Source of the DNA: Burkholderiaceae bacterium
GTDB lineage: Bacteria > Pseudomonadota > Gammaproteobacteria > Burkholderiales > Burkholderiaceae_E
DNA: 64,000 bases
Assembly (NCBI GenBank): GCA_041396585.1
Contig: JAWKYG010000007.1
Span: 39,318 to 103,317, forward strand
Direction of reading: 5' to 3'
The notes beneath the pieces are model-generated. The model was given only the letters and a program-made list of their open reading frames with translations. It was not told where the DNA came from and made no database searches. Position numbers and translations under genes: made by a program. Positions within the stretch are counted from its first letter, which is position 1, and each line of letters starts with the position of its first letter. Shown here piece by piece: positions 1 through 9,690 of the stretch.

Positions 1-812
1 TGTTCATCGAGGATCGCGCAGATGGTGTGCACCACCTCGAGGTTTTTCATTTCGTTGTTGCCGCCGATGTTGTAGGTCTCGCCCAGGCGGCCGCGCTCGA
101 GCACCCGCTCGATGCCCGAACAATGGTCACCGACATACAGCCAGTCACGCACATTCTGGCCGTCGCCGTAGACGGGCAGCGCCTTGCCGGCCAGGGCATT
201 GAGGATCATCAGCGGAATCAGCTTCTCGGGGAACTGGTACGGCCCGTAGTTGTTGCTGCAATTGGTGGTCAGCGTGGGCAGGCCGTAGGTGTGGTGATAG
301 GCGCGCACCAGGTGATCGCTGGCCGCCTTGGAGGCCGAATAGGGGCTGTTCGGCGCATAAGGCGTGGTCTCACAGAATGCCGGGTCGTCGGGGCCGAGCG
401 AGCCGTAGACCTCGTCGGTCGAGACATGCAGGAACCGAAACGCCGCTCGCTCGGCATCACCGAGCCTGCCGTAGTAGGCACGGGCCGCCTCGAGCAGCGC
501 GAAAGTGCCCTGGATGTTGGTACGGATGAATTCACCCGGGCCGGTGATCGAGCGATCGACATGGCTCTCGGCGGCGAAGTGCACGATGGCGCGCGGTCTG
601 TGCTCGGTGAGCAGTGCGAGCATGTCGTCCTGGTCACAGATGTCGGCCTGCACGAACAGGTGGCCAGCGCGGCCCTGTAGACTGGCAAGATTCTCAAGAT
701 TGCCGGCATAGGTGAGCTTGTCGACATTGACCACGGCTTCGTCGTGGGCGCTCAGCCAGTTGAGCACGAAATTGGAGCCGATGAAGCCGGCGCCTCCGGT
801 GACTAGGATCAT
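1..812 (-). CDS. rfbB: dTDP-glucose 4,6-dehydratase (3' end runs off the window)
   Basis: Absent from the ORF track because it has no stop inside the window. My minus-strand translation from the ATG at 812-810 gives [19 protein letters not shown]...[11 protein letters not shown]...[15 protein letters not shown]...[17 protein letters not shown]. This shows the GxxGxxG Rossmann motif and the YxxxK catalytic motif of RmlB/RfbB. Confidence 0.9.
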   Translation of the reverse strand, partial: MILVTGGAGFIGSNFVLNWLSAHDEAVVNVDKLTYAGNLENLASLQGRAGHLFVQADICDQDDMLALLTEHRPRAIVHFAAESHVDRSITGPGEFIRTNIQGTFALLEAARAYYGRLGDAERAAFRFLHVSTDEVYGSLGPDDPAFCETTPYAPNSPYSASKAASDHLVRAYHHTYGLPTLTTNCSNNYGPYQFPEKLIPLMILNALAGKALPVYGDGQNVRDWLYVGDHCSGIERVLERGRLGETYNIGGNNEMKNLEVVHTICAILDE

Positions 813-899
813 AAGCGTTGCAGCAGACACACGCCTGCCGCCCAGTTAGAGTCGAGAAGAGAAGAATTGCCTGGCGGGCAGAGGGTTTCGTGACCCATT

Positions 900-2380
900 A
901 TGGCCTCTATTTTCCCAACAAATTCCCCCAATATGTCTGATTCACGCACTGCGCCGACCGGCGCGGCCTCCGGCCCGACCGGCGCCCCTGCCGGCCTGCT
1001 TCCTACCAGTATTTTCAAGGCCTACGACATCCGCGGGGTGGTGGATGAAACCCTCACCGAGGCCGGCGTGCGCCGGATCGGCGCCGCGCTCGCCCTGATG
1101 GCGCGTGCGCGCGGTGTGTCGCGGATCGTGATCGGCCGCGATGGCCGCCTGAGCGGTCCGCGGCTGGCCGGCGCGCTCGCCGCGGGCATCAATGCCGGCG
1201 GTATCGATGTGATCGACATCGGTCAGGTACCGACGCCGGTGGTGTACTACGCGACCTACGAGCTGGGCACCGGCTCGGGTGTGGCGGTCACCGGTAGCCA
1301 CAATCCGCCGCAATACAACGGCCTGAAGATGATGGTCGCCGGCGAGACCCTGTTCGGCGACACGATCACCGGCCTGCATGCGGTGGCCGATGCCAGCGAT
1401 CTCGAGGAGGTGCTGGCCGGCATCACCCCGGGTAAGACCGAGCATCTCGACATCCTGCCGCGCTATCTCGAGCGCATTCTCGGTGACATCAGTCTCGCGC
1501 GCCCGATGAAGGTCGCGATCGACTGCGGCAACGGCGTGGCCGGCGCGGTCGCCCCGCAGCTCTACGCCGGCCTGGGCTGCCAGTTGAACGAACTGTTCTG
1601 CGAGGTCGATGGCAATTTCCCCAATCACCATCCGGATCCGGCGGAACCCGAGAACCTGGAAGATCTGGTGCATGTGCTGGCCACCACAGATGCCGAGATC
1701 GGTCTGGCCTTCGATGGCGATGGCGATCGCCTCGGGGTGGTCACCAAGGACGGCAAGATGATCTTCCCGGACCGGCAGTTGATGCTGTTCGCCCAGGATC
1801 TGCTCACCCGCGAACCGGGCGCCGAGGTCATCTTCGACGTCAAATGCAGTCGCAATGTGGCCACCTGGGTGCGTGATCACGGCGGCAGGCCCACGATGTG
1901 GCGCACCGGCCATTCGCTGGTCAAGGCCAAACTCAAGGAGACCGGCGCCCCGCTGGCCGGTGAGATGAGCGGCCACATCTTCTTCAAGGAGCGCTGGTAC
2001 GGCTTCGACGATGGTCTCTATGCCGGCGCGCGCATGCTCGAGATCCTCAGCCGCAGCGACGATCCGTCGGCCGTGCTCAATGCGCTGCCCGATTCGCCGA
2101 CCACCCCGAGATCAAGGTCGAGACCGCTGAGGGCGAGAACTTCGCGATCGTCGAGCGGCTCAAGAGCGGCGGCCACTTTGCCAGCGCGCGCGAGGTCATC
2201 ACGATCGACGGCGTGCGCGCCGAATACGACGACGGCTTCGGTCTGGCGCGTCCGTCCAATACCACCCCGGTGGTGGTGTTGCGCTTCGAGGCCGACACGC
2301 CCGAAGCGCTCGAGCGGATCAAGCAGGACTATCGTCAGGCATTTGCAGCGGCTGCGCCCGGCGTGCGCCTGCCATTCTGA
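900..2380 (+). pseudogene. algC: phosphomannomutase/phosphoglucomutase, frame broken by an apparent 1-nt deletion in a C-run at 2104-2107 (sequencing error or true pseudogene)
   Basis: The N-terminal 400 aa of ORF 900..3404 carry TGSHNPPQYNGLK (active-site Ser loop) and FDGDGDRLGVV (Mg site). After 2107 the -1 frame reads PEIKVETAEGENFAIVERLKSGGHFASAREVITIDGVRAEYDDGFGLARPSNTTPVVVLRFEADTPEALERIKQDYRQAF...PF, with its stop at 2378-2380. Confidence 0.85.
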
Positions 2381-2390
2381 CTGCCGGCCG

Positions 2391-3404
2391 GTGTCCTCGG
2401 CAGGGGGTAGCGGGCCACGGCGATCCGCCGGGCCGCGTATCGCGTTGGTCAAGACCAGCTCGATGGGCGATGTCATCCATGGTCTGCCGGTCGTCACCGA
2501 CATCCTGAGGGCGACGCCACAGGCCACGATCCACTGGGTGGTGGAAGAAGCGTTCGCAGATCTTCCGGCGCTTCATCCCGGAGTCAGCCAGATACACAAG
2601 ATCGCGTTGCGGCGCTGGCGCAAGCAGTGGCGCAGTGCCGGCGTGCGAGCCGAGATTCGCGCCGCGCGCGCCCGCTTGCACGCGCTCGAGCTCGACTGGG
2701 TGATCGATCTGCAGGGACTGATCAAGAGCGCCTGGGTCAGCCGTTGGCTACCGGGGACACGTGTCGGATTCTCCTGGCGCTGCGCGCGCGAACCGCTGGC
2801 GACGTTGGCCTATGACCAGCGCTACGATGTCGACATGAGCCGTCACGCGATCGAGCGACTGCGCGAGTTGGCCGCCAAGGCCCTCGGCCACGCGGCGGCC
2901 GGTCTGCCGGTGTTTGGCCTCTCGGCCGCGCCGCCCACGGCGGTGCTGCATGCGGTGCTCGGCGCCGATCCCCGTCCCTACCGGGTGTTCCTGCATGCCA
3001 CCTCGCGCACCGAGAAGCAATGGCCGACCGGGCATTGGGTGGCGATGTTGCGGGCGGCCGCACAGGAGGGCCTGAGAGTGTTCCTGCCCCATGGATCCGA
3101 TGCCGAGCAGGCGGCGGCGGGCGCGCTCGTGCAGGCGGCAGGCAGCGGCGAGGTCCTGCCGCGCCTGAGTCTGGCCGATTGCGCGGCCCTGCTGGCCGGC
3201 GCCCGCGGCGTGATCGGCGTCGACACCGGCCTCACGCATCTCGCGGCGGCGCTGGATCGGCCGACCGTGGCATTGTTCGCCGCCACGCCGGCATGGCGTT
3301 TCGGGCCCTACTGGAGCGAGCGCACCCGTGGCCTGGGCGAGGACGGCCTGTGGCCCGAGCCGGGCCAGGTGGCAGCCACGCTGGCCGCGCTCGAAGCGAC
3401 ATGA
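2391..3404 (+). CDS. waaC: lipopolysaccharide heptosyltransferase I
   Basis: The C-terminal third of ORF 900..3404 reads IALVKTSSMGDVIHGLPVVTDI...GVDTGLTHLAAAL, typical of GT9 heptosyltransferases. The start is assigned to the in-frame GTG at 2391 and is uncertain. The stop overlaps the waaA ATG (ATGA at 3401-3404). Confidence 0.75.
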   Translation: MSSAGGSGPRRSAGPRIALVKTSSMGDVIHGLPVVTDILRATPQATIHWVVEEAFADLPALHPGVSQIHKIALRRWRKQWRSAGVRAEIRAARARLHALELDWVIDLQGLIKSAWVSRWLPGTRVGFSWRCAREPLATLAYDQRYDVDMSRHAIERLRELAAKALGHAAAGLPVFGLSAAPPTAVLHAVLGADPRPYRVFLHATSRTEKQWPTGHWVAMLRAAAQEGLRVFLPHGSDAEQAAAGALVQAAGSGEVLPRLSLADCAALLAGARGVIGVDTGLTHLAAALDRPTVALFAATPAWRFGPYWSERTRGLGEDGLWPEPGQVAATLAALEAT

Positions 3405-4678
3405 CTGCCCGCGAGCGTGGCGCGCTGATCTTCTATCAGATGCTGTGGCTCGGTGCGCTGCCGCTGGCCTTCATCTATCTGCTGTGGCGTTCCCGCCGGC
3501 AACCCGACTACCGTCGCCACCTCGGCGAGCGACTGGGTCGATACCGCGTGCCTTCACCAGAGCAGGCGCCGATCTGGCTGCACCTGGTGTCGGTCGGCGA
3601 AACCCGCGGTGCTCAGGCGCTGATCCGGGCGCTGGCCGAGGCCAGGCCGGGCGTGCCCCTGCTGATCACACACATGACGCCAACCGGTCGCGAGACCTCG
3701 CAGGCCCTCTACCCGCAGGCCACCCGGGTCTATCTCCCCTATGACCATCCGTGGCTGGTACGTCGTTTCCTGCGTCACTTCCGACCGCGGCTGGCGGTCA
3801 TCATGGAAACCGAACTCTGGCCGACGCTGATTCACGAGGCCGCGGCGGCGGGTGTGCCGACGGCTATTGTCAATGCGCGCCTGTCCGAGCGCTCACTGGC
3901 CAGCGGCCTGCGCTTTCGCGCGCTGATCGCACCGGCGCTGCGCCGGCTCGACCGGCTGCTGGCTCAGGACGCGGCCGATGCCGCCCGTCTGGCGCGGCTG
4001 GGCCGCGCGGCCGACGCGGTCACCGGTAACCTCAAGTTCGATATCGAACCCGACCAGGCCCTGCAGGCGCTCGGACGCGGCTGGCGCGATCGGCTCGGCG
4101 CAGCGCCGGTATTGATGCTCGCCAGTAGCCGTGATGGCGAGGAGGCAGCGCTGCTGGCAGCCTGGCAGGAACAGGCGGCAGGGCAGGGCGGCAGTGTGCG
4201 GCTTTGCATCGTGCCCAGACATCCGCAACGATTCGACGAGGTGGCCCGCGCGATGGCCGCCGTGCAGACCCTGCGTCGGCGCTCTGGCGATTGGCAGGGC
4301 GACGAGGCATCGATGATGCTCGGCGACTCGATGGGCGAGATGGCGGCCTACTATGCAATGGCCGATCTGGTCATCATGGGGGGCAGTCTGCTGCCGTTCG
4401 GTGGCCAGAACCTGATCGAGGCCTGCGCGGCCGGGGTACCGGTGATCGTTGGTCCGCACACGCGCAACTTTGCCCAGGTCAGCGAGATGGCGATCGAGGC
4501 GGGAGCGGCGCTACGGGCTGCCGATGCCGGCGATGCGCTGGCGCATGCGTTTCGATTGCTCGCCGATGGCACGCAACTGGCCGCGATGCGTGCGCGTGCG
4601 CGCGAGTTTGCCGGTGCCCACCGCGGGGCCAGCGAACGTACGCTGGCAGCGTTGATGACCTTGCTGCCGGCAGACTGA
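3401..4678 (+). CDS. waaA: 3-deoxy-D-manno-octulosonic acid (Kdo) transferase
   Basis: Internal Met 128 of ORF 3020..4678 begins MTARERGALIFYQMLWLGALPLAFIYLLWRSRRQPDYRRHLGERLG...WLHLVSVGETRGAQALI...GGSLLPFGGQNLIEACAAGVPVIVGPHTRNF. The family resemblance to KdtA is clear, and the gene is translationally coupled to waaC. Confidence 0.85.
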   Translation: MTARERGALIFYQMLWLGALPLAFIYLLWRSRRQPDYRRHLGERLGRYRVPSPEQAPIWLHLVSVGETRGAQALIRALAEARPGVPLLITHMTPTGRETSQALYPQATRVYLPYDHPWLVRRFLRHFRPRLAVIMETELWPTLIHEAAAAGVPTAIVNARLSERSLASGLRFRALIAPALRRLDRLLAQDAADAARLARLGRAADAVTGNLKFDIEPDQALQALGRGWRDRLGAAPVLMLASSRDGEEAALLAAWQEQAAGQGGSVRLCIVPRHPQRFDEVARAMAAVQTLRRRSGDWQGDEASMMLGDSMGEMAAYYAMADLVIMGGSLLPFGGQNLIEACAAGVPVIVGPHTRNFAQVSEMAIEAGAALRAADAGDALAHAFRLLADGTQLAAMRARAREFAGAHRGASERTLAALMTLLPAD

Positions 4679-4751
4679 TCGGCTGCGCGCGGCGCGAGCC
4701 GGTTGCGGCGCGCGCGACAGGCGGGCAGCGGGCAACGCCGCGCGCTGCGTT

Positions 4752-6124
4752 TTACTTCTGGATCGTCGGGCCTTCGCGCGGCTCGGGCTTGTTGCTGCGG
4801 CTTTCGGTCAACAGCGTGGAGACGCGCCGGATGTCGTCGTCGGAGAGTTCGCCGGCGGTGGCCTTCAGGCGCAGGCTGTTGAGCAGGACGTCATAGCGGG
4901 CGCGCGCAAGATCGCGCTGGGTCGAGAACAGCTGCTGCTGGGCGTTGAGCACATCGATGTTGATCCGCACGCCGACCTGATAGCCAAGCCGGTTCGAATC
5001 GAGTGCCAGTTTCGAGGATTTTTCGGCCGCTTCCAGCGCCTGCACCTGGCCCAGACCACTGACCAGGCCGAGATAGGACTGTCGCGCCCCTTGTTCGACC
5101 TGGCGACGGGCAACCTCGAGATCGGCGGTGATCTTTTCAAGGCTGGCCTGGGCCTCCTGGACCCGGGCCTCGATCGCGCCACCGGTGTACAGCGGAATGC
5201 CCAGTTGCACGCCGATGGAGGCGGAGTTCGAATGCACGCCGACCAGGCTCGCCGAGGCATTGCGCGCATGCCCGATCTGGCCGACCAGGTCGACTGACGG
5301 ATAGCGCGCAAACCGCTGGCGGTCGATTTCGCGACGGGCGATCTCGGAGGCCAGTAGCGCCTGCTGGACGGTGAGACTGCTTTCGCGGGCGCGATCGGTC
5401 CAGGCCTTCTCGCGCGTCGGCTCGGGTTGGCGAAGCTCGACGCCGGCACGCAGATCGGCCAGATCCGAGACCGGTTTGCCGGTGAGCACCGACAGCGCCG
5501 CGCGACGGATGTCCTGTTCATTGAAGGCGGCCAGCTCGCGGGCCACGGTGAGATCGAACCGGGCCTGCGCCTCCTGCTGGTCGGTGATCGTGGCCGTGCC
5601 CACCTCGAAATTGCGCTTGGCGGCGGCCAGTTGCTCGGAAATGGCGCGCTTCTCCGCCTGGATCGTGAACAGGTTGTTCTCGGCCGCCAGCACATCGAAG
5701 TAGGCCTCGGACACGCGCAGGATCAGGTCCTGCTGGGCCACCAGGAACTGCGCCTCGGCCACGCTGAACTGCAGCTTGGCCTGCTCATGGCCTCGGCATC
5801 CTGTCGGGCCAGCAGCGGGTACGACATGGAGATGCCGTAGTTCTGCGAGGTGAACCCGTTCGAGGCCGAGACATTGGTATCGACATACTGACGGTTGATG
5901 CCCGCATTCGCGCTCACGGCGGGGCGCAGCTGCGAACGGGCCTGGGGCACGCGATGGCGGCTGATCTCCAGCGAGGCGCGTGCGCTGTTCAGTTCGGCAT
6001 CATGCGAGAGGGCATCGCGATAGGCCTGCTCGAGGTTATAGCCAAAAGCGGGCGAGGCGGCCAATAGCCCAGTCGCCAGCACCAGCGAGGCCCTGTACGA
6101 CAGGCGTTTCGACGGGCGGGTCAT
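4752..6124 (-). pseudogene. tolC: TolC-family outer membrane channel, single frameshift near 5784-5792
   Basis: ORF 5723..6124 gives the signal peptide and first repeat (MTRPSKRLSYRASLVLATGLLAASPAFGYNLEQAYRDAL...). ORF 4752..5762 gives the rest (AEAQFLVAQQDLILRVSEAYFDVLAAENN...). The junction DNA reads gccgaggccatgagcaggccaag, where one missing base would restore ...AEAYEQAKLQFSVAEAQ. Confidence 0.85.
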
Positions 6125-6152
6125 GCGTCACTCCTGTGATTCTTGTCGCGGT

Positions 6153-6518
6153 TCAGTATCGTGGGCAGGCGGGATCGACCTCGCGTGCCCAGGCGTCGAT
6201 GCCGCCCTGCAGGTTATAGACCGCTTCACAACCATTATGAGCCAGAAACATCGCAACCTGCATGCTGCGCATGCCGTGGTGACACAGACATACCACGGCC
6301 CGTTGCCGGGGGATTTCATCGAACCGGGTCACGATCTCGTGCATCGGGATGTCGACGCTGCCGGGAATCGAGGCAATCGCGATTTCCCAGGGCTCGCGCA
6401 CGTCGAGCAGCAACGGAGGATCGTCTCCTGCCAACCAGGCAGCCAGTTCGACGACGGACAGTTGTTGCACGTCTTGGCGATCTGAGGGGGGCCGATCAGA
6501 AGCGGAAGTGATCGCCAA
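6153..6518 (-). CDS. rhodanese-like sulfurtransferase domain protein
   Basis: 121-aa ORF with LLLDVREPWE and the active-site loop CLCHHGMRS (CxxGxR[ST]). Confidence 0.8.
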   Translation of the reverse strand: MAITSASDRPPSDRQDVQQLSVVELAAWLAGDDPPLLLDVREPWEIAIASIPGSVDIPMHEIVTRFDEIPRQRAVVCLCHHGMRSMQVAMFLAHNGCEAVYNLQGGIDAWAREVDPACPRY

Positions 6519-7185
6519 CCGGAAAGCCGCGCAGCGGCCGTACCAAGGTCTCGAACATGATCTCCGTGGCCACCTCGCGCCGCTCGCCCAGTCGCAGAAT
6601 CTGCGCGGTCATGATGGGTGCCCGTCCGACGACGGCGCCAAGCCTGCCGCCCGCACGCAAGCGATCGATCAGCGCCGCCGGCACGGATTCGACCGCCCCC
6701 GACAGCAGAATGACGTCGGCCTGCCATGAGGTATCGCCGAGCAGGTCGGCGCCGCTGCGCGCGTGCACCTGGCAATTGGACACGCCCTCGCGGGCCAGGT
6801 TGGCACGGGCGAACTCGGCCAGTTCCGGAATGATCTCGTAGCTGTCGACCTGGCTCGCCTCGTGCGCGAGCAGCGCGGCCATGAAGCCGGAGCCGGTGCC
6901 GATCTCGACCACCGTCTCGTGACGGCCGATGGCCAGCGCCTGCAGGAAACGGGCCTCGAGCCGTGGGGCGAACATCGATTGGCCAGTGCGCTGGCCGTCG
7001 ATGTCGAGCGGGATCTCGGTGTCCGTGAAGGCCATGGAACGATAGGCGGGCGGTACGAATTGTTCGCGTGGCACCGCGGTCATGGCATCCAGAACACCCT
7101 GATCGAGCACATTCCAGGGGCGGATCTGCTGCTCGATCATGTTGTGACGGGCAAGCTCGACATCGAGGGTTTCGCTGGCATTCAT
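6496..7185 (-). CDS. protein-L-isoaspartate O-methyltransferase family protein
   Basis: ORF 6496..7263. The likely start is the internal Met at 7185 (MNASETLDVELARHNMIEQQIRPW...). It carries the SAM motif VVEIGTGSGFMAALLA. The tolC-rhodanese-pcm-like neighbourhood is common in gammaproteobacteria. Confidence 0.75.
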   Translation of the reverse strand: MNASETLDVELARHNMIEQQIRPWNVLDQGVLDAMTAVPREQFVPPAYRSMAFTDTEIPLDIDGQRTGQSMFAPRLEARFLQALAIGRHETVVEIGTGSGFMAALLAHEASQVDSYEIIPELAEFARANLAREGVSNCQVHARSGADLLGDTSWQADVILLSGAVESVPAALIDRLRAGGRLGAVVGRAPIMTAQILRLGERREVATEIMFETLVRPLRGFPVGDHFRF

Positions 7186-7464
7186 GGAGGTTCTGGCCTG
7201 GCCGGACGCGCGCCGGTCGCGGGCGCGACCGATCGGTGCTTGGAAAACTTTCGATTTTAGCAATGCCGCCGCCGTATGCGTCTGGTGGCCCGATCATGAT
7301 TCGCGTCAATCCCGACGCATCCGGTCTGGCCGCTGGCACGATCAGAACCCGGGCGCCATAATCAACGACCGCAGCCGGCCTCAGGGCGCCTGGCTCTGCC
7401 GTGGCGCGTGCGCCGTGGCGGTCAGGTCGTTCGCCAGCCCCGTCAGCAGCCAAGTTGGAACACG

Positions 7465-7848
7465 ATGAACCTCGAAAAAGTCGTTTTCGGTTTCTTCATC
7501 ATCTTCGCCTGCACCCTGAATTTCGGTTTCTTCCTCGGTGATGTCGATCGACCGGAGTTTCATCATCCGGGCGAGTTGCTGGCGACCGTCATCGTGAACC
7601 TGATCGCCACGGTGCTGAAGTTTGGTGATCGCACGCATCTCGGCACCACGCATCTGGCAACCAGCCTCGTGGCGGTCTTCCAGTTATTCGCTGCCTCGCT
7701 GGTCTGGGTCTGGCATGTGCATGTCAATGGCGAGGTCATGAACGGCGAGATCATGGCCACGATCGTCTCGCTCACGGGCGGTGCACTGGTGGCGAACCTG
7801 ATCTCGGTGATCCTGCTGATTGGCGAGACCTTGCGTCAGGGGCGCTGA
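7465..7848 (+). CDS. small polytopic membrane protein (uncharacterised), probably co-transcribed with the downstream K+ channel
   Basis: Internal Met of ORF 7408..7848 begins MNLEKVVFGFFIIFACTLNFGFFLG..., with about four hydrophobic segments. It lies 23 nt upstream of the channel gene. Confidence 0.6.
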   Translation: MNLEKVVFGFFIIFACTLNFGFFLGDVDRPEFHHPGELLATVIVNLIATVLKFGDRTHLGTTHLATSLVAVFQLFAASLVWVWHVHVNGEVMNGEIMATIVSLTGGALVANLISVILLIGETLRQGR

Positions 7849-7871
7849 GCGCTCGCGCGCCGGGCCAGGCC

Positions 7872-9569
7872 ATGAGTGACGTCTTTCTCCTGATGTTGCG
7901 GCGCCTGCGGGCGCCGATGCTGGTGCTGATCGTGGTTTACGGGGTGGCGGTCGGCGGGCTGGCCATGATGCCCGGGCAACTGCCCGATGGCACGCCGGCC
8001 AGACTCAGCATCTTCCACGCGTTCTACATCATGAGCTACACGGCCACCACGATCGGCTTTGGCGAGGTGCCGCATCCGTTCACCGATGCGCAGCGGCTGT
8101 GGGTGATCGTGTCCATCTACCTGTCGGTGATCGCCTGGGCCTATGCGGTCGGTTCGGTGTTCGCGCTGATCAATGACGCCACATTCCGCTCCGCAGTCGC
8201 ACGCAGTGTGTTTACCTGGCGGGTGCGAGGCATCGGCGAGCCGTTCTTCATCATCTGCGGGGCGGGCCAGAGCGGCACCGCGCTGGCCAAGGCGCTGGAT
8301 AAGATCGGCTATCGGCTGGTGGTGGTGGAGATCCTTCCCGAGCGCTCGGCGCGCATCGAACTCGAAGAGTTCGTGCAGCCGCCGATGGTCCTGACCGGCG
8401 ATGCACGCCTGCCCGATGTGCTCGAGGATGCCGGCATCCATCGCCCGGAGTGCGAGGGCCTGATCTCGCTGGTGCGCGACGACAGCGCCAATCAGGCGAT
8501 CTCGATCGGTGCGCGCACCCTGAATCAGTCGATGCGCGTGATTGCGCGGGCCAAATCGAACGTCGCTCAGGTGAATTTGTCGTCGTTCGGTGGCGTGCAT
8601 GTGATCAATCCGTTCGAGACCTTCGCCACCAATGTGTCCCTCGACCTGGCTTCTCCGGAGGTGCTGCGACTCGAAGAATGGCTGACCGATGCCCCGGGCA
8701 CCGAATGCCCCGACCGGGTCAACATTCCCACGGGACCGTGGGTGCTGGTCGGCTACGGGCGCTTCGGCCACGCGATCTCGGCCGTGCTCGATCGGGCCGG
8801 TATCTCCTGGCGCGCGATCGACGTCAATCCCCTGCACGAGGAAGACGAGCGCCTGCTCACCGCGGCCAATTCCGAGTCCGCAATTCGTGAGGCAGGGATC
8901 GAGCGCGCCGCGGTGCTGGTTGCCGGCACCGACAGTGATGCTTCCAATCTGGGTGTGGTGACCCTGGCGCGTCGCGCCAACCCCGGCTTGTTCGTGATCA
9001 TCCGCCAGAATCATGTCGCCGACCGGGTGCTGATCGCGACCGCCGATGCCAATCTGCAGTTCGTGCAATCGGCGTTGATGGTTCACGAGTGCCTGCAGAT
9101 CATCAAGACGCCGATGCTCGGACGCTTCATCTCCCATGTGCGCGCCCAGGGCGGAGCGCTCGCGGCAGAGGCGATCGCGCGCATCCAGGCGGAGGTCGGC
9201 AGCGGTGCGCCGCGGGCCTGGACCTTCGTCTGCGACATCATGCAGCCAGGCATGTTCGGTGCATTCTTTCAGGGCCAGGGCGAGCGTCTGACGATCGACC
9301 ATCTCACGCGCTATCCGGGGGATGCCGATTCGCGACTGCAGGCAGTGCCACTGATGCTCGATCGGCGGGGCGAGCACACCCTGATGCCGCCGGCCGATAT
9401 GGCCCTCAAACCGGGCGACCAACTCCTGTTCGTGGGCTCGGATGAGGCGATGCGGGTTCAGCAGCGGTTCTTGTCCGAACCGGGCGCGATCCAGTATGTG
9501 CGCAGCGGTACGCAGCCGCCGCGAGGCTGGGTGTTCCGGCAGATTCGCAGCCTGTTGAGCCGCTCCTGA
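7872..9569 (+). CDS. potassium channel protein with two RCK/TrkA-N domains
   Basis: 565-aa ORF. It has the selectivity filter TATTIGFGE and two NAD-type GxGxxG folds (IICGAGQSGTALAKAL and VLVGYGRFGHAISAVL). Confidence 0.85.
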   Translation: MSDVFLLMLRRLRAPMLVLIVVYGVAVGGLAMMPGQLPDGTPARLSIFHAFYIMSYTATTIGFGEVPHPFTDAQRLWVIVSIYLSVIAWAYAVGSVFALINDATFRSAVARSVFTWRVRGIGEPFFIICGAGQSGTALAKALDKIGYRLVVVEILPERSARIELEEFVQPPMVLTGDARLPDVLEDAGIHRPECEGLISLVRDDSANQAISIGARTLNQSMRVIARAKSNVAQVNLSSFGGVHVINPFETFATNVSLDLASPEVLRLEEWLTDAPGTECPDRVNIPTGPWVLVGYGRFGHAISAVLDRAGISWRAIDVNPLHEEDERLLTAANSESAIREAGIERAAVLVAGTDSDASNLGVVTLARRANPGLFVIIRQNHVADRVLIATADANLQFVQSALMVHECLQIIKTPMLGRFISHVRAQGGALAAEAIARIQAEVGSGAPRAWTFVCDIMQPGMFGAFFQGQGERLTIDHLTRYPGDADSRLQAVPLMLDRRGEHTLMPPADMALKPGDQLLFVGSDEAMRVQQRFLSEPGAIQYVRSGTQPPRGWVFRQIRSLLSRS

Positions 9570-9615
9570 GCCGCTCCTGAGCCGCTTCGGCGCGGCTTCG
9601 GCGCGGCTCCTGAGT
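9558..9615. repeat. five tandem 11-bp units spanning the K+ channel stop codon, also able to form a GC-rich hairpin
   Basis: Read directly: gagccgctcct gagccgctcct gagccgcttcg gcgcggcttcg gcgcggctcct. gagccgc (9580-9586) can pair with gcggctc (9604-9610). Confidence 0.6.
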
Positions 9616-9690
9616 TGCCCAAACCTGGCGGCAGTTACATTTTATTACATGTTGAGGCGTTTCTTGTGACTCCGCCGGCCCTGGAGCGCG

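Noticed and set aside
4725-4754. Hairpin gcagcg-N12-cgctgc followed by GTTTTA after waaA, as a possible intrinsic terminator
   Set aside because: It has only a 6-bp stem, a large loop and a 4-T tract, and it overlaps the tolC stop. This is too weak to call as a feature.
7836-9422. 528-aa ORF on the minus strand
   Set aside because: It is entirely antisense to the well-supported K+ channel gene. Its Arg/His/Gly/Asp-rich composition is typical of GC-rich antisense frames, and I see no recognisable motif.
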